64,000 nt of DNA from a virus. Of this stretch, positions 1 to 9,717 are shown in pieces; position 1 is the first letter of the stretch; every line of letters starts with the position of its first letter. The position numbers were made by a program, and so were the translations under genes. Location of the stretch: positions 96,001 through 160,000 of IMG/VR virus record IMGVR_UViG_3300030004_000009; one strand, written 5' to 3'. The notes under the pieces were generated by a model. It ran no database searches. It saw nothing but the letters and a program-made list of their open reading frames with translations, and was not told the origin of the DNA.

Positions 1-19
1 TGTGTTAATTCTTGTTTAG

Positions 20-787
20 TCATCTTATCCCAAGTAACTTGTTGATCATCATAGTCTTTTCAAAGGAATTTAGGAAATCTTTCTTATCATCAGTTATAAT
101 CTGAGTAAAAGCATTATAGACATCAAACATTGATGCTTCTTCTGTTTTGGGAACATAGTAAGGAGATTCCTCTTGAAGATAGAGGCTCTTATAAGCTTCT
201 ACAACTACATTAGGTGAAATCTTAACTGCTTGTACACCATTATAGTGATATTCTGTAAGTGAGTTGTGAACCCATGAACCTAAATTATTATGAATGCATT
301 CTCTACCTATAAAAGTATCTTTAAGTTGCTTAATTTGACTTTCAAAGTTATTTGGAAGTTCAAGCATTTTTCGTCCATCAATACGTATTAATTCTCCTGG
401 TTTTATTTCATTAACTTGTAACCATTGACTATTAAAGACACAAAGATTAGTACAAGCTTGATTTAAGTATCCTCTATATAATTTTGACACTGGTTTTCTA
501 GTGTCTAATCCATATAAAAATCCTATGACTTCATCATGCTTCTCAATACAATGAGAAGCTGGAAGTACTGCCTCAATTAATACACGATTATAAGTTATAT
601 CTTTGGTGTTAGTAATCGTCATCTGTTGAGGTAACTTAGCTTTGATCCTAAAGTCAGAAGTAAATTTACTCATTTGGTCAATAAAAGGCTGTACATAATC
701 TTTAGTCGAGAGATACTCTCTCTTATTAATTGTAGTAGCTTTACCTTCAAGTAAAGCTTGTAGATTTATTTCGTCTTGCATTATCAT
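20..787 (-). CDS. DUF932-like protein, conserved in crAss-like phages
   Basis: YNRVLIEAVLP, VIGFLYGLD and RGYLNQACTNLCVF resemble DUF932-family proteins of crAss replication modules. Confidence 0.55.
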   Translation of the reverse strand: MIMQDEINLQALLEGKATTINKREYLSTKDYVQPFIDQMSKFTSDFRIKAKLPQQMTITNTKDITYNRVLIEAVLPASHCIEKHDEVIGFLYGLDTRKPVSKLYRGYLNQACTNLCVFNSQWLQVNEIKPGELIRIDGRKMLELPNNFESQIKQLKDTFIGRECIHNNLGSWVHNSLTEYHYNGVQAVKISPNVVVEAYKSLYLQEESPYYVPKTEEASMFDVYNAFTQIITDDKKDFLNSFEKTMMINKLLGIR

Positions 788-1663
788 TTATACTGAAGTG
801 TTAACTTCATTTTTACCATTATTATCTATAAAATCTTGCAAAGAAACATTTGAATAATTCTTCCATAACTCCTTACACTTAGTAACATTAGTACCAGTTA
901 AAATATTTGTAGCACGTTGTATATCATCATATACCCAATCCCTAGATAAAATTAAGAGATCTTTATACTCAATAAATGTACCATTCTCAACAAGTTCTTC
1001 CCTTGCTCTTTTAACATATTGTGCAGCTTCTTTAGATAAAACCTTACTAACTTTAGAATCCTTGTGAATTATAAGTTTACCTTCTATATAAGTCCCTATT
1101 AGTTCACACTTCTTGATGCCTTTTAAGAAGAAACGAGAATCTTGTGGCTTACCAAATTGAGTTATTAAAAAGCGACCACTTGATGCTTGAGATATTATGT
1201 TAATAATAGTATCACCATAATTCTCACACTCTTCGCTTTCATCTTCATTTAAATTCCCTTTAGTTGGTACTACATCATTATCTACTATAATATTAGGAGA
1301 AATCCTAAATCTATTATAAAGCATATTCTCTATATGAGAAGCTTGAGAATCTCCAAAGGAATTGTCATTTGTAGTTATAATAAAAAGCTCTGTAAAGAAG
1401 TCTTTGTCTTTATCTTTTTTATGCTTATTAACCCTTTCAAGCACATTACCTGATTTCCCAACATACACTACTGTTTGTCCTAAATCATTAACACCTATTA
1501 GGATATAAACACCTGTGTTGTCTACATACTTTATATTTTCAAGGTTTGGTAAAAATTCTCTGAAAGTCCTTACTACTTGTATATATTTTAGGTAAATGTC
1601 ATTATATCTATATATTCCATCTGCGATAACAGAAGATTTTATTTTCTTTCCAAATTGGTGCAT
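788..1663 (-). CDS. GIY-YIG nuclease with C-terminal DUF4357-like domain
   Basis: GVYILIG...VYVGKSGNVLERV GIY-YIG core; C-terminal LVENG...LSRDWVY...ILTGT...LWKN; true start may be internal. Confidence 0.7.
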   Translation of the reverse strand: MHQFGKKIKSSVIADGIYRYNDIYLKYIQVVRTFREFLPNLENIKYVDNTGVYILIGVNDLGQTVVYVGKSGNVLERVNKHKKDKDKDFFTELFIITTNDNSFGDSQASHIENMLYNRFRISPNIIVDNDVVPTKGNLNEDESEECENYGDTIINIISQASSGRFLITQFGKPQDSRFFLKGIKKCELIGTYIEGKLIIHKDSKVSKVLSKEAAQYVKRAREELVENGTFIEYKDLLILSRDWVYDDIQRATNILTGTNVTKCKELWKNYSNVSLQDFIDNNGKNEVNTSV

Positions 1664-1721
1664 TCATCATTCTTAACATAACCATATTTAAATCTAAACA
1701 TTAAGAATCTTTTTAAAAAAG

Positions 1722-1750
1722 AAAAGCTCTAATATTCCTATTAGAGCTTT
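1722..1750 (-). terminator. Intrinsic terminator
   Basis: aaagctctaata/tattagagcttt inverted repeat followed by a T-rich run on minus, just after the stop at 1772. Confidence 0.7.
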
Positions 1751-1771
1751 CTATATTATATGATGTGTTAA

Positions 1772-2329
1772 TTAAGCAGCATCACGTTCGTAACCAAATA
1801 CGATGTAAGTACCTAAAGTGGCAGCTGCTGATGGAGCATAGTCTATAATTGCAGCTACTGGTTGTCCTTCAGTTACAAGTTTAACTAAGCGTAATATAAC
1901 ACGAGCATCACGATGATCAGTTACATATTCTTTAGCTTTCTTTATACCAGCTGCTTTATCGTCTGCTATAAATACAATAGTACCAGTCTTACCTTTATCA
2001 TCACCACCTACTAAACCTTCGTAGAAACTAGTATATTTACGAGTACCTTCTGTTGGAATGTTGGTTTCTTTATAAGGCCTTTCACGAGTATCAGGAACAC
2101 CAGGTTCAACAGTTACTGTAAAACCAATTCCTTCAATACCTTTAACTTTTTTATTAATATATTCTTCAGCAAACGCTTTAAAATATGTTGATTTTGGATC
2201 TGGTGTTCCTTCTTTCTTCCATGCTTGTGTAGCATCATATTTTACATCTAAAAATTTTGCTAAACCTGATTTAGCAACTGCGTTTTCTTTGGTGTCGCCA
2301 CTGACTGACACGATTTTTAACTTACTCAT
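1772..2329 (-). CDS. Conserved hypothetical phage protein
   Basis: 185-aa ORF with its own promoter and terminator. Confidence 0.6.
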   Translation of the reverse strand: MSKLKIVSVSGDTKENAVAKSGLAKFLDVKYDATQAWKKEGTPDPKSTYFKAFAEEYINKKVKGIEGIGFTVTVEPGVPDTRERPYKETNIPTEGTRKYTSFYEGLVGGDDKGKTGTIVFIADDKAAGIKKAKEYVTDHRDARVILRLVKLVTEGQPVAAIIDYAPSAAATLGTYIVFGYERDAA

Positions 2330-2379
2330 TTATTAGTTCTTATTATTTATTACTTTTACCTTGTATATCTTTAATAATA

Positions 2380-2411
2380 CAAAGGTAAGAAAAACATTTT
2401 GAATCTCCAAA
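2380..2411 (-). promoter_or_regulatory. Bacteroidota housekeeping-type promoter (-33 TTTG / -7 TAnnTTTG)
   Basis: Minus strand TTTG-N20-TACCTTTG. Confidence 0.75.
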
Positions 2412-2417
2412 TTTATT

Positions 2418-3386
2418 TTACTTTTTTGTAAAGGTAAAACCCATTGTCTCATCTCTTTTTCTTAGGCGTTTAGATGTATTATTAATAACAGCTGCTGCTT
2501 GTTCATTAACCTTTTTCTTTGCCTTCTCATAATCTATATCTAAAAGCACTACAGCAACAAATAACTCTTTAATTTCAGCTAAACTAAAACCATCAGTACT
2601 ATTAGCCCATTTATGTGCAGTATCCTTATCTAATCCTTTAGCAATAAGATAAGCTTCTTTCTTTGCTGGAATGGGTTTACCAACCTCGATGTGTATATCT
2701 AAACGACCAGGACGAAGTAAGAGATCACTTAATTCATCATAATGATTGGTTGTAGCTATAACAAATTGATGATTTATAGCATCTGAACCAGCTAACCAAT
2801 TAAGAATTGTTCTTTCAACATTCTCATTCTGACAATAGGTATCGATATCTTCTATAATCACTATAACATCACGTTCTGGATCAGCTATACGTAAATTATC
2901 CTGCATAAATGATATATACCACATTAGTTCGTTAGTATTTGTAATTACAAATACTAAACCTCCACGTTTTACTAATTTCTGTGCTAATTGATCTATGATT
3001 GCTGTCTTTCCATTTCCTCCTGAACCATGTAATAAGCAACCACGAGAGTGAATGAAGTTATACTTTTTAAACTCTACTGCCTTACTCCAAAATTTCTCAG
3101 ATTCTGCAATTAGTTCGTCAATATGATTATCAGGTAAATCAAATAATTCATCAGCACTAATAGTAAAAACACTTGCGTGAAGGCCACCTCTATTATCTTG
3201 TGATAGAGCATACATACCAGGTTCTATTCGATCGACAGTTTCACTATCTTGAACCATTGCATATACACCCTCCTTACTCTTGAGCCACTTGTAATTACTC
3301 TTAACCCCTTCCTCTACATAAGCAGGTTGTCCTACATTATGTGGTGTATCTAACTCTATCATAAAAGCTAATGTTCCTTCATCCAT
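2418..3386 (-). CDS. AAA+ ATPase (classical clade)
   Basis: Walker A GSGGNGKT, Walker B IIEDID, ATTN sensor, LLRPGRLD second region of homology. Confidence 0.85.
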   Translation of the reverse strand: MDEGTLAFMIELDTPHNVGQPAYVEEGVKSNYKWLKSKEGVYAMVQDSETVDRIEPGMYALSQDNRGGLHASVFTISADELFDLPDNHIDELIAESEKFWSKAVEFKKYNFIHSRGCLLHGSGGNGKTAIIDQLAQKLVKRGGLVFVITNTNELMWYISFMQDNLRIADPERDVIVIIEDIDTYCQNENVERTILNWLAGSDAINHQFVIATTNHYDELSDLLLRPGRLDIHIEVGKPIPAKKEAYLIAKGLDKDTAHKWANSTDGFSLAEIKELFVAVVLLDIDYEKAKKKVNEQAAAVINNTSKRLRKRDETMGFTFTKK

Positions 3387-3389
3387 TAT

Positions 3390-3776
3390 TTAAAAGGGTA
3401 ACCATTCGTCTACTGTTCTTTTTATCTCTTTCATCATATCCTTAACTGTTGTTGCTCCATAAGTGTCAAACTTAGCATCATTACTTATTACAAGGTCACA
3501 ATGTAAAGCTATACTTTCATATATCTCTTTAGTTGTTTCTGTATCAACTTTACCACATGCGTTATTAAGTATAACTAATGGGGTAATTAGTTTTGGATCT
3601 TTCTTATCTTTTTCTGCTTTTGCTCGATATAACATAGTTAAATGAGACACTAATGAGATAAGACGCATTAAATCTTCTCCTTCTATGTTTGTACCAGGCA
3701 TTTTAACATAAGTTTCTAAAAACTCATATTTCTCATTATACGGTAACTCTGAAAACTTAAAAGGATATTCTATCAT
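3390..3776 (-). CDS. Hypothetical protein
   Basis: 128-aa ORF coupled to its neighbours. Confidence 0.6.
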   Translation of the reverse strand: MIEYPFKFSELPYNEKYEFLETYVKMPGTNIEGEDLMRLISLVSHLTMLYRAKAEKDKKDPKLITPLVILNNACGKVDTETTKEIYESIALHCDLVISNDAKFDTYGATTVKDMMKEIKRTVDEWLPF

Positions 3777-4933
3777 ATTTCTGTAACGCTATTAAAATCC
3801 ATTTCTACAAACTTATCAAAACCACGTAATTTATGATAAGATACACGTTTAAGTAAGTTTACAAACTCATCATAACCTGTTTTAATCCACTTATTACCAA
3901 CTTTAAAAGCATGACTCATGTGAGGTTTGTTAGTTTCCACTACAATCACATTAACAACGAATTTCCAGCTATTGTCAACTCCATGTACATGTTCAACGTA
4001 TTTCTTTAACATAAAGAGATATTGGGCGAATTGGCGATAATAATGATATGACTGAAACGATCCTTTCTCAAAGACATTGTAAGTATCGCCATTAACGTCA
4101 GTACGTTGTGTTGTGATACCAGGAAAAGTATTAAGTGGCTTTCCAGTAGTCTTTAAGTCATTAAGTGTTACTATTTTCCTTGTAAAATCTATAGACCAAT
4201 TATCAATTTTAGCCTTAAGTTTTAACCTTATAACTTCATTAAATAGAGGATCATCAAACTCTTCATTTGGAATAGAAGCTACAAACTCCATTATCATAAC
4301 ATCCTCATGATAGCTTACAATATCAACAGCTTCTCTGCAACCTAAATCATCTTCAATATAAGGTGGTGGAAAAAGCAGATCCATTAAGAGCTTGTTATGC
4401 TTTACACTACTGAGACAACCATCAAGTTTCTCTTTCTGTAATTCAGTAAGAACTATAGCTCCAGGTTGTTCATCCTGTATCTTTAAGAACTCAAGATACT
4501 CTTGACCTTTAGAAAGTACATCATCGTACTTCTTTTGAGTCATTTTGCCTTTATAGTAATCCTCTTCTTCACAAGCCATTGTGAGTGCAATTTGTTCACT
4601 ATAACCTTCATTTTTATATTTATAAAGTAAGTCACATATAGCACCTACTTTACCTGATGGTTTATCTACAGGACTAAGGAAATATTTATCTTTTTCAAGT
4701 ATCATCTGATGTACTGCGGATCCAAGTTCTAAAGCTGGAGATTTAGAGTCACTAGAGAAACCTTCAAGGAATCTTGTTGGTGCTCCCCCTTCTTCTGGAT
4801 TAATTAGCTTAAGTTGAGAATTACTTATAAAGTCACGATAGGCTGAGCCAAAGTATTCTTCATCGGGTACATTCTCAAGTCTAGTAGCAGTATCTGTTAA
4901 GAATTCAATTTGTATTTTACTTAAGTCGTACAA
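3773..4933 (-). CDS. PD-(D/E)XK exonuclease (RecE/ExoVIII-like)
   Basis: ISNSQL, LELGSAVH, KAKIDN, DLKTT and YHYYRQFAQY motifs. Confidence 0.8.
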   Translation of the reverse strand: MYDLSKIQIEFLTDTATRLENVPDEEYFGSAYRDFISNSQLKLINPEEGGAPTRFLEGFSSDSKSPALELGSAVHQMILEKDKYFLSPVDKPSGKVGAICDLLYKYKNEGYSEQIALTMACEEEDYYKGKMTQKKYDDVLSKGQEYLEFLKIQDEQPGAIVLTELQKEKLDGCLSSVKHNKLLMDLLFPPPYIEDDLGCREAVDIVSYHEDVMIMEFVASIPNEEFDDPLFNEVIRLKLKAKIDNWSIDFTRKIVTLNDLKTTGKPLNTFPGITTQRTDVNGDTYNVFEKGSFQSYHYYRQFAQYLFMLKKYVEHVHGVDNSWKFVVNVIVVETNKPHMSHAFKVGNKWIKTGYDEFVNLLKRVSYHKLRGFDKFVEMDFNSVTEI

Positions 4934-5098
4934 TTAATCTTCGTCTTCATCGTCAAAGTTATCATAATCTTCATCCATTACACGATCAAGAAATTCCTCC
5001 CAATCTTTGTCATCGTTATCATCCCAACCTTCTTCGAATGGATCAGTCGCTACATCCCTCTCAAATTGTTGTTTTGCTTTCAAATCTGTCTTACTCAT
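4934..5098 (-). CDS. Very acidic 54-aa protein (below the ORF-track cutoff)
   Basis: Translated by hand: MSKTDLKAKQQFERDVATDPFEEGWDDNDDKDWEEFLDRVMDEDYDNFDDEDED; fills the gap. Confidence 0.6.
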   Translation of the reverse strand: MSKTDLKAKQQFERDVATDPFEEGWDDNDDKDWEEFLDRVMDEDYDNFDDEDED

Positions 5099-5104
5099 AT
5101 TGAT

Positions 5105-5305
5105 TTATTTACCCATAGCAACCTTAAGAGAGCTCTTAGCTGTTTCAAGTTCACTTATCTGGTCTGAACATATCTCATACTCTTTTTTGTAATTCTTAAG
5201 CTCAGCCTCAGCTTCATCAACTTTATCTTCTAATTGTTCTCCTAATCCATAAAGTTCTTCTAGTGCTGTTTCAACTAGATCAAGTGCGTCTTGTAATTCG
5301 TCCAT
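5105..5305 (-). CDS. Small acidic helical protein
   Basis: 66-aa E/D-rich ORF with heptad pattern. Confidence 0.6.
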   Translation of the reverse strand: MDELQDALDLVETALEELYGLGEQLEDKVDEAEAELKNYKKEYEICSDQISELETAKSSLKVAMGK

Positions 5306-5309
5306 TTTC

Positions 5310-5474
5310 TTATTGCCATTGTTTTATTAACTCTAAAGCATCTTCTAAATCTTCTTTCTCATCGCTATATTTCATATATAAATCACTATCTTCCTCATCA
5401 AGATCATTAATTAGATCATTAAGTTCAAATAAGCGATCGCTTAAACAATCATAAGCTAAACTTACTGCTGTCAT
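5310..5474 (-). CDS. Small acidic protein, 54 aa (not in ORF track)
   Basis: MTAVSLAYDCLSDRLFEL...EDLEDALELIKQWQ; ATGA overlap with the upstream gene. Confidence 0.6.
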   Translation of the reverse strand: MTAVSLAYDCLSDRLFELNDLINDLDEEDSDLYMKYSDEKEDLEDALELIKQWQ

Positions 5475-5638
5475 TTATAATCTTTTAGATAGTTTAATGC
5501 TGTTTTTAAATCTGCAACTTCATTTTCATATTCAATAGCCTCTTCACCATCTTGATAATCAGTCATATCAACTAATTGTTGTGCAAATTTTACTCGTTCT
5601 TCTATAAGATCTATAGCTTGTTTAATTAAGTAACCCAT
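5471..5638 (-). CDS. Small acidic protein, 55 aa (not in ORF track)
   Basis: MGYLIKQAIDLIEERV...EVADLKTALNYLKDYK; TAATG coupling. Confidence 0.6.
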   Translation of the reverse strand: MGYLIKQAIDLIEERVKFAQQLVDMTDYQDGEEAIEYENEVADLKTALNYLKDYK

Positions 5639-5814
5639 TAGTAAATATTACTTAAAGTTTCCTCTAAATTAGCAATCTCATCTAAATCTCCAAGTAAGTC
5701 TTGAATGCTTTCATCTTTCTCATGCCTCTCAGCAGTAATTATTATACGTTTATAAACTCCGTCTTTAGCTGTCTTTACTATATCACTTATAGCATCAATA
5801 TATTTCTGTTCCAT
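5638..5814 (-). CDS. Small acidic protein, paralogue of 5987..6184
   Basis: MEQKYIDAISDIVKTAK vs KEQYEDAINNVLKIAR; ATG at 5814 is coupled to the upstream TAA. Confidence 0.6.
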   Translation of the reverse strand: MEQKYIDAISDIVKTAKDGVYKRIIITAERHEKDESIQDLLGDLDEIANLEETLSNIY

Positions 5815-5990
5815 TATACCCAATTATTTAGAAGCCTTACTACTTCAGTTAAATCATCTATTTCTTCTTCAACATTACCCCATTGATCTCCATCTGGATC
5901 GGTTTGCTCATTATATCCCTCTTGTTCTTCTTTAAGAATATAAATACGTCCTCTTAATTGATCAATTATACTTTTAATTTGATAGCTCAT
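5814..5990 (-). CDS. Small acidic protein, 58 aa (not in ORF track)
   Basis: MSYQIKSIIDQLRGRI...EEIDDLTEVVRLLNNWV; overlaps the upstream stop. Confidence 0.6.
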   Translation of the reverse strand: MSYQIKSIIDQLRGRIYILKEEQEGYNEQTDPDGDQWGNVEEEIDDLTEVVRLLNNWV

Positions 5991-6184
5991 ATAACATCAT
6001 TCATTCGTCTTATAATATCTTGATAATCATCAAGTGTACGTATATCTTCAATTAAGCCTTGTACATCATCAATATCGAGTTCTTCTCTTTGAACTACATA
6101 AACTATCGAATTATAAAGAGCATTTCTAGCTATTTTCAAAACATTATTAATAGCATCTTCATATTGTTCTTTTTCGTCCATCAC
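5987..6184 (-). CDS. Small acidic protein
   Basis: 65-aa ORF, paralogue of 5638..5814. Confidence 0.6.
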   Translation of the reverse strand: MMDEKEQYEDAINNVLKIARNALYNSIVYVVQREELDIDDVQGLIEDIRTLDDYQDIIRRMNDVI

Positions 6185-7311
6185 CTTATTATATTTTTTA
6201 ATTTTAAATCATAAATCCTTCTATAGCCAACATTATAAAATAAATTATGTGGTGCTGACATTAAAAAGCTACAGATACCTGCTGATTGAACTTCTGAAAA
6301 ATTAGAAAATCTATCATCTATAAAGAATTCAGTACCTATTGATTTAAGAACTTCTACTTTTGAAGTATCAAATGGTACATGATAAACAGGACGACATGGA
6401 AGTTCATTCTTTTCTAACCATTCTTGAGTCCATTCAACTGGAATACTCCTTGAAGATACATATGCATGAGGTACAAAGTCTGGTTTACGTATTACTGGTA
6501 AAGATAACCAAAACTCTTTATTCTTAGCTAATTCATCAAGTTCACTAGTAAATCCATAGCGTGAATCCCAATAAGTTGACTGTATATCCTTACCTGTGAA
6601 ATCCTTATAGCCCTGAGCCCAACCACATACTACTTCATCAATATCTAGGACTACTTTTGGAAGTTTCAAATAACTTTTAATACGATCATCAAATTGAGGA
6701 TTTGACTTATAGTAATCAACTAATATCATAGCGTTCCATATGACTGCTGTCATGTGAAATGCTCTAGAATGATTTTTACAATCTCCTGCTATACATCCAG
6801 GACAGTCTTTGTCGTAATCGTAATCTTCTCCAGCACGATATGCTTCTAAATGACGTATTAAAGAGTCTGCTACATCACTCCACGGATGTCCTTTTTTCCA
6901 ATTATTTGGTGCGTACTTCTTAGCCCCATATGTAAACAATTTAGCCAATTGTTCTAATGGATAAGGTGGAATTAGGTCGTATCGCAACTTCCCTTCATTG
7001 AAACGGTCTGCTCTTGCTGGTTCTTGTGTTAATTCACCTTTTTTAAACTTATAGAATTCTGGTAAAGGATCTGGTTTAGAAACTTCTTCTAATGGGTCAG
7101 ACTTTAACTCTTTATTCTTTGTTTTAAATTGCATATCAAATAAATCATCTCCTTTAGTACATTGTTGAGGCCATAATTCACTTTTAAGTTGTGTCTTTAA
7201 AGCTTCATTCTGTAATTGCATTACTGTCTTTCTTGGAGTATACCAATGAGGAGTTGTAGTCTGTTGATTTGAAGCACAATTATTTGCTTGATTCTTTTCT
7301 TTTTCTAACAT
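6181..7311 (-). CDS. dATP/dGTP diphosphohydrolase (DUF5664-like) fused to a HAD-family nucleotidase
   Basis: ADRFNEGKLRYDLIP...YGAKKYAPNNWKKG...RHL in the N half; VLDIDEVV, SSRS and FIDD HAD motifs in the C half. Confidence 0.75.
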   Translation of the reverse strand: MLEKEKNQANNCASNQQTTTPHWYTPRKTVMQLQNEALKTQLKSELWPQQCTKGDDLFDMQFKTKNKELKSDPLEEVSKPDPLPEFYKFKKGELTQEPARADRFNEGKLRYDLIPPYPLEQLAKLFTYGAKKYAPNNWKKGHPWSDVADSLIRHLEAYRAGEDYDYDKDCPGCIAGDCKNHSRAFHMTAVIWNAMILVDYYKSNPQFDDRIKSYLKLPKVVLDIDEVVCGWAQGYKDFTGKDIQSTYWDSRYGFTSELDELAKNKEFWLSLPVIRKPDFVPHAYVSSRSIPVEWTQEWLEKNELPCRPVYHVPFDTSKVEVLKSIGTEFFIDDRFSNFSEVQSAGICSFLMSAPHNLFYNVGYRRIYDLKLKNIIR

Positions 7312-7560
7312 GTTCCTTACTCATTATAAGGTTAACTTAATACATCTATTTCATAAAGAGCTCTCTCCAAACCATCAAAAAAACCAATGTCTTCACTTTC
7401 ATCTTCATCTATCACAACAGATAAAGCTTCGGATAGATCATCTAAAGCTAAAGTGTAAGCCATTTCCATTAATGCGAGTACTTTCACACCTTGATTGTGA
7501 TTTATTATTTCTTGTAATCTTTGTTGTTTAGTCATAATTTTAAATGAAAAGAGAGACTAT

Positions 7561-8010
7561 TTAGTCTCTCTTAATTTGTAATTTTAATTTTTCATATTCT
7601 TCTTTAACACTCTCTGCATTAATTATAAAGGTTCCTGGATTTAACTTATCATAATGATAACCTAAAAATACAGGTCTTATTTCATCAGCATTATCATCGT
7701 CAATCCATTCATACTTAATCATCTGATCAAAAATTATTTGTGCAGCATTAATCTCATCGAATTTATGTTTTGATTTACGTATAAAATAGAGTCCTATATG
7801 CCAAGGTTTTGAACCAGTAAACAAAGTTTCAAAATACTCACGTTTATCAATCCACTCCATCTGAGTATTTTCATAGTATTCTTTACATTGTTTTGAAGCA
7901 ATTATAAAACCACTCTTAGTTATCTGTTTGGAGTTTTTTAAAGACGGAGTATTACCTGGCATCCATATAGCTTTAGAAAGGGGCTTCGTCTGTTGTATCG
8001 TGTTTATCAC
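7561..8010 (-). CDS. RusA-like Holliday junction resolvase
   Basis: PSLKNSK, FDEIN...IFDQM...IDDDN acidic motif pattern. Confidence 0.65.
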   Translation of the reverse strand: MINTIQQTKPLSKAIWMPGNTPSLKNSKQITKSGFIIASKQCKEYYENTQMEWIDKREYFETLFTGSKPWHIGLYFIRKSKHKFDEINAAQIIFDQMIKYEWIDDDNADEIRPVFLGYHYDKLNPGTFIINAESVKEEYEKLKLQIKRD

Positions 8011-9001
8011 TTAATAATTTATACTTTAATTCTTCAATAAGTTCTTTTGCTTTATCTATTCCTTTTTTCTTTATAAAATCTGAAATGTCTTTAGCAAATT
8101 CCTTCTTATTGGTAAATGACAAACATTCTAAACCAAACTTCTTTCTATATTCTATCATTGAACGTTGACCACTTCTATCCCAGTCATAGTTGACTATAAT
8201 GTACTTAAACCTTTTAGTAAGAGCTACATATTGTTTGGTGGAGATAATAATAGATTCAGCTTGTGGAGCAACTGCTGGTATTCCTAGTTCATAAAAAGAC
8301 ATTACATCTTTCAACGATTTAGTTATAACAACTATATTACCTATTTTAGGAAGTTGTTTAGCTCCTTGAAGTTTATTAGTATTTAATAAGAACCGATAGT
8401 GTTTTCTAATTGGAAAGTACATTTTCCATAATTCACGACCTTCTTCTTTACCAAAATAATAACCATAAATAGGACTTTTAATTGTAGATGAATAGAGATA
8501 ATTACCATTAAGAAATACAGATTTAATAGAGTGAACATTAAACTTATCGAGTGTAGATTTAGTTATACCAAATTGTAACCACCATTGAAGTTGTTCTTCT
8601 CTAAAATCTTGTATTTCAGCTTGTATTATTGTATAAGTTTTATTATTTATAATAGACCCATCATATTGAATTGCTGGTTCATTTGTAGTAAAACCACGTT
8701 TCTTCTCAATATTAAAGTCATGAGAAATGATATTAATAGCTTTACCATAACTAACCTTATATTTCTCCATTACAATATCTATAAAGTTTCCATGAAAGCC
8801 ATTACTCCAATCTTTGAAAATAAGTTCCTTATTTGCTGCTCGATAAAACGAAGCGGTAGGATGTTTATCTTCTCGAAGTGGGTTTATATGAAGGTTTCTA
8901 TCTGGGATTATCCCAAGATAGAAACTCATAACTTCTTCTTCTTTTAACTTATCTAATAAAAATTGTTTGGTAATACGAGGTGAACTAATACTTATTTGCA
9001 T
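7973..9001 (-). CDS. DNA primase (crAss DnaG-type)
   Basis: NPLREDKHPTASF N-terminus; TOPRIM-like ITKSLKDVM...YDWD...KDISD. Confidence 0.85.
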   Translation of the reverse strand: MQISISSPRITKQFLLDKLKEEEVMSFYLGIIPDRNLHINPLREDKHPTASFYRAANKELIFKDWSNGFHGNFIDIVMEKYKVSYGKAINIISHDFNIEKKRGFTTNEPAIQYDGSIINNKTYTIIQAEIQDFREEQLQWWLQFGITKSTLDKFNVHSIKSVFLNGNYLYSSTIKSPIYGYYFGKEEGRELWKMYFPIRKHYRFLLNTNKLQGAKQLPKIGNIVVITKSLKDVMSFYELGIPAVAPQAESIIISTKQYVALTKRFKYIIVNYDWDRSGQRSMIEYRKKFGLECLSFTNKKEFAKDISDFIKKKGIDKAKELIEELKYKLLSDKHDTTDEAPF

Positions 9002-9018
9002 TTAACTGCAAAGATACA

Positions 9019-9705
9019 CTAAACTAAGTCTAAATCTAAATCATCATCAACATCAAGGTTAGATTTAGCGTTCTGAGTTGCTTTTTGTTTTGCCATATCA
9101 GTTGGTTTAGCTGTAGCTTGATTATTGATCTTTTCAAGTTCTTTAGCAGTAAAAGTTAAATCCTTACCAATAAAATTAGTACGAGGAAATGTATCATTAC
9201 CTTCTTCATCAGCTTCTTTACGAAGACCAAGTACAAATGATGGGAATACACCTTTACCATCTTTATTTGGTACAAGTTTAATTTGAGTTTGTACACCTGC
9301 TGACTTCGCAGTAGCTTTAAGCATAAACGCTTTGATATTCTTCCAACCATCAAGATTGACTTTACCTTTCTTAGCTATTTCTTGTGCAGTTTGTGCTGCT
9401 ACAGCTTCAATTAAGTGAGAGAATAGATGACCTGTTTCTTCAGCATTAGAAGGATTCTTACCACCAAAGGTATTATCTTTACGTTCATCATCACCTGGTT
9501 TTGGTTCAAATACTGTATGCTCATAAGTCTTACCAGCTAAGTCGCCTACGCCTTCAAATTTTATCTTTATAACGTCGAATGACGCTGATTTATCTTTCTT
9601 TTCAATAGTTTCGTTAGTTAAACTAACAAACCTTACATCATGAATACCTGGAGTTAATTGTCCACCTTGTTTAGATTGGGTGTTTCCACCTAATGTCATT
9701 TTCAT
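9019..9705 (-). CDS. Single-stranded DNA-binding protein (putative)
   Basis: LTPGIHDV N-terminus, acidic DDDLDLDLV tail, position next to primase. Confidence 0.65.
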   Translation of the reverse strand: MKMTLGGNTQSKQGGQLTPGIHDVRFVSLTNETIEKKDKSASFDVIKIKFEGVGDLAGKTYEHTVFEPKPGDDERKDNTFGGKNPSNAEETGHLFSHLIEAVAAQTAQEIAKKGKVNLDGWKNIKAFMLKATAKSAGVQTQIKLVPNKDGKGVFPSFVLGLRKEADEEGNDTFPRTNFIGKDLTFTAKELEKINNQATAKPTDMAKQKATQNAKSNLDVDDDLDLDLV

Positions 9706-9717
9706 ACTTCTACTTAA

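Noticed and set aside
6181-7311. Z-genome (2-aminoadenine) pathway
   Set aside because: No PurZ-like gene is recognisable in the window
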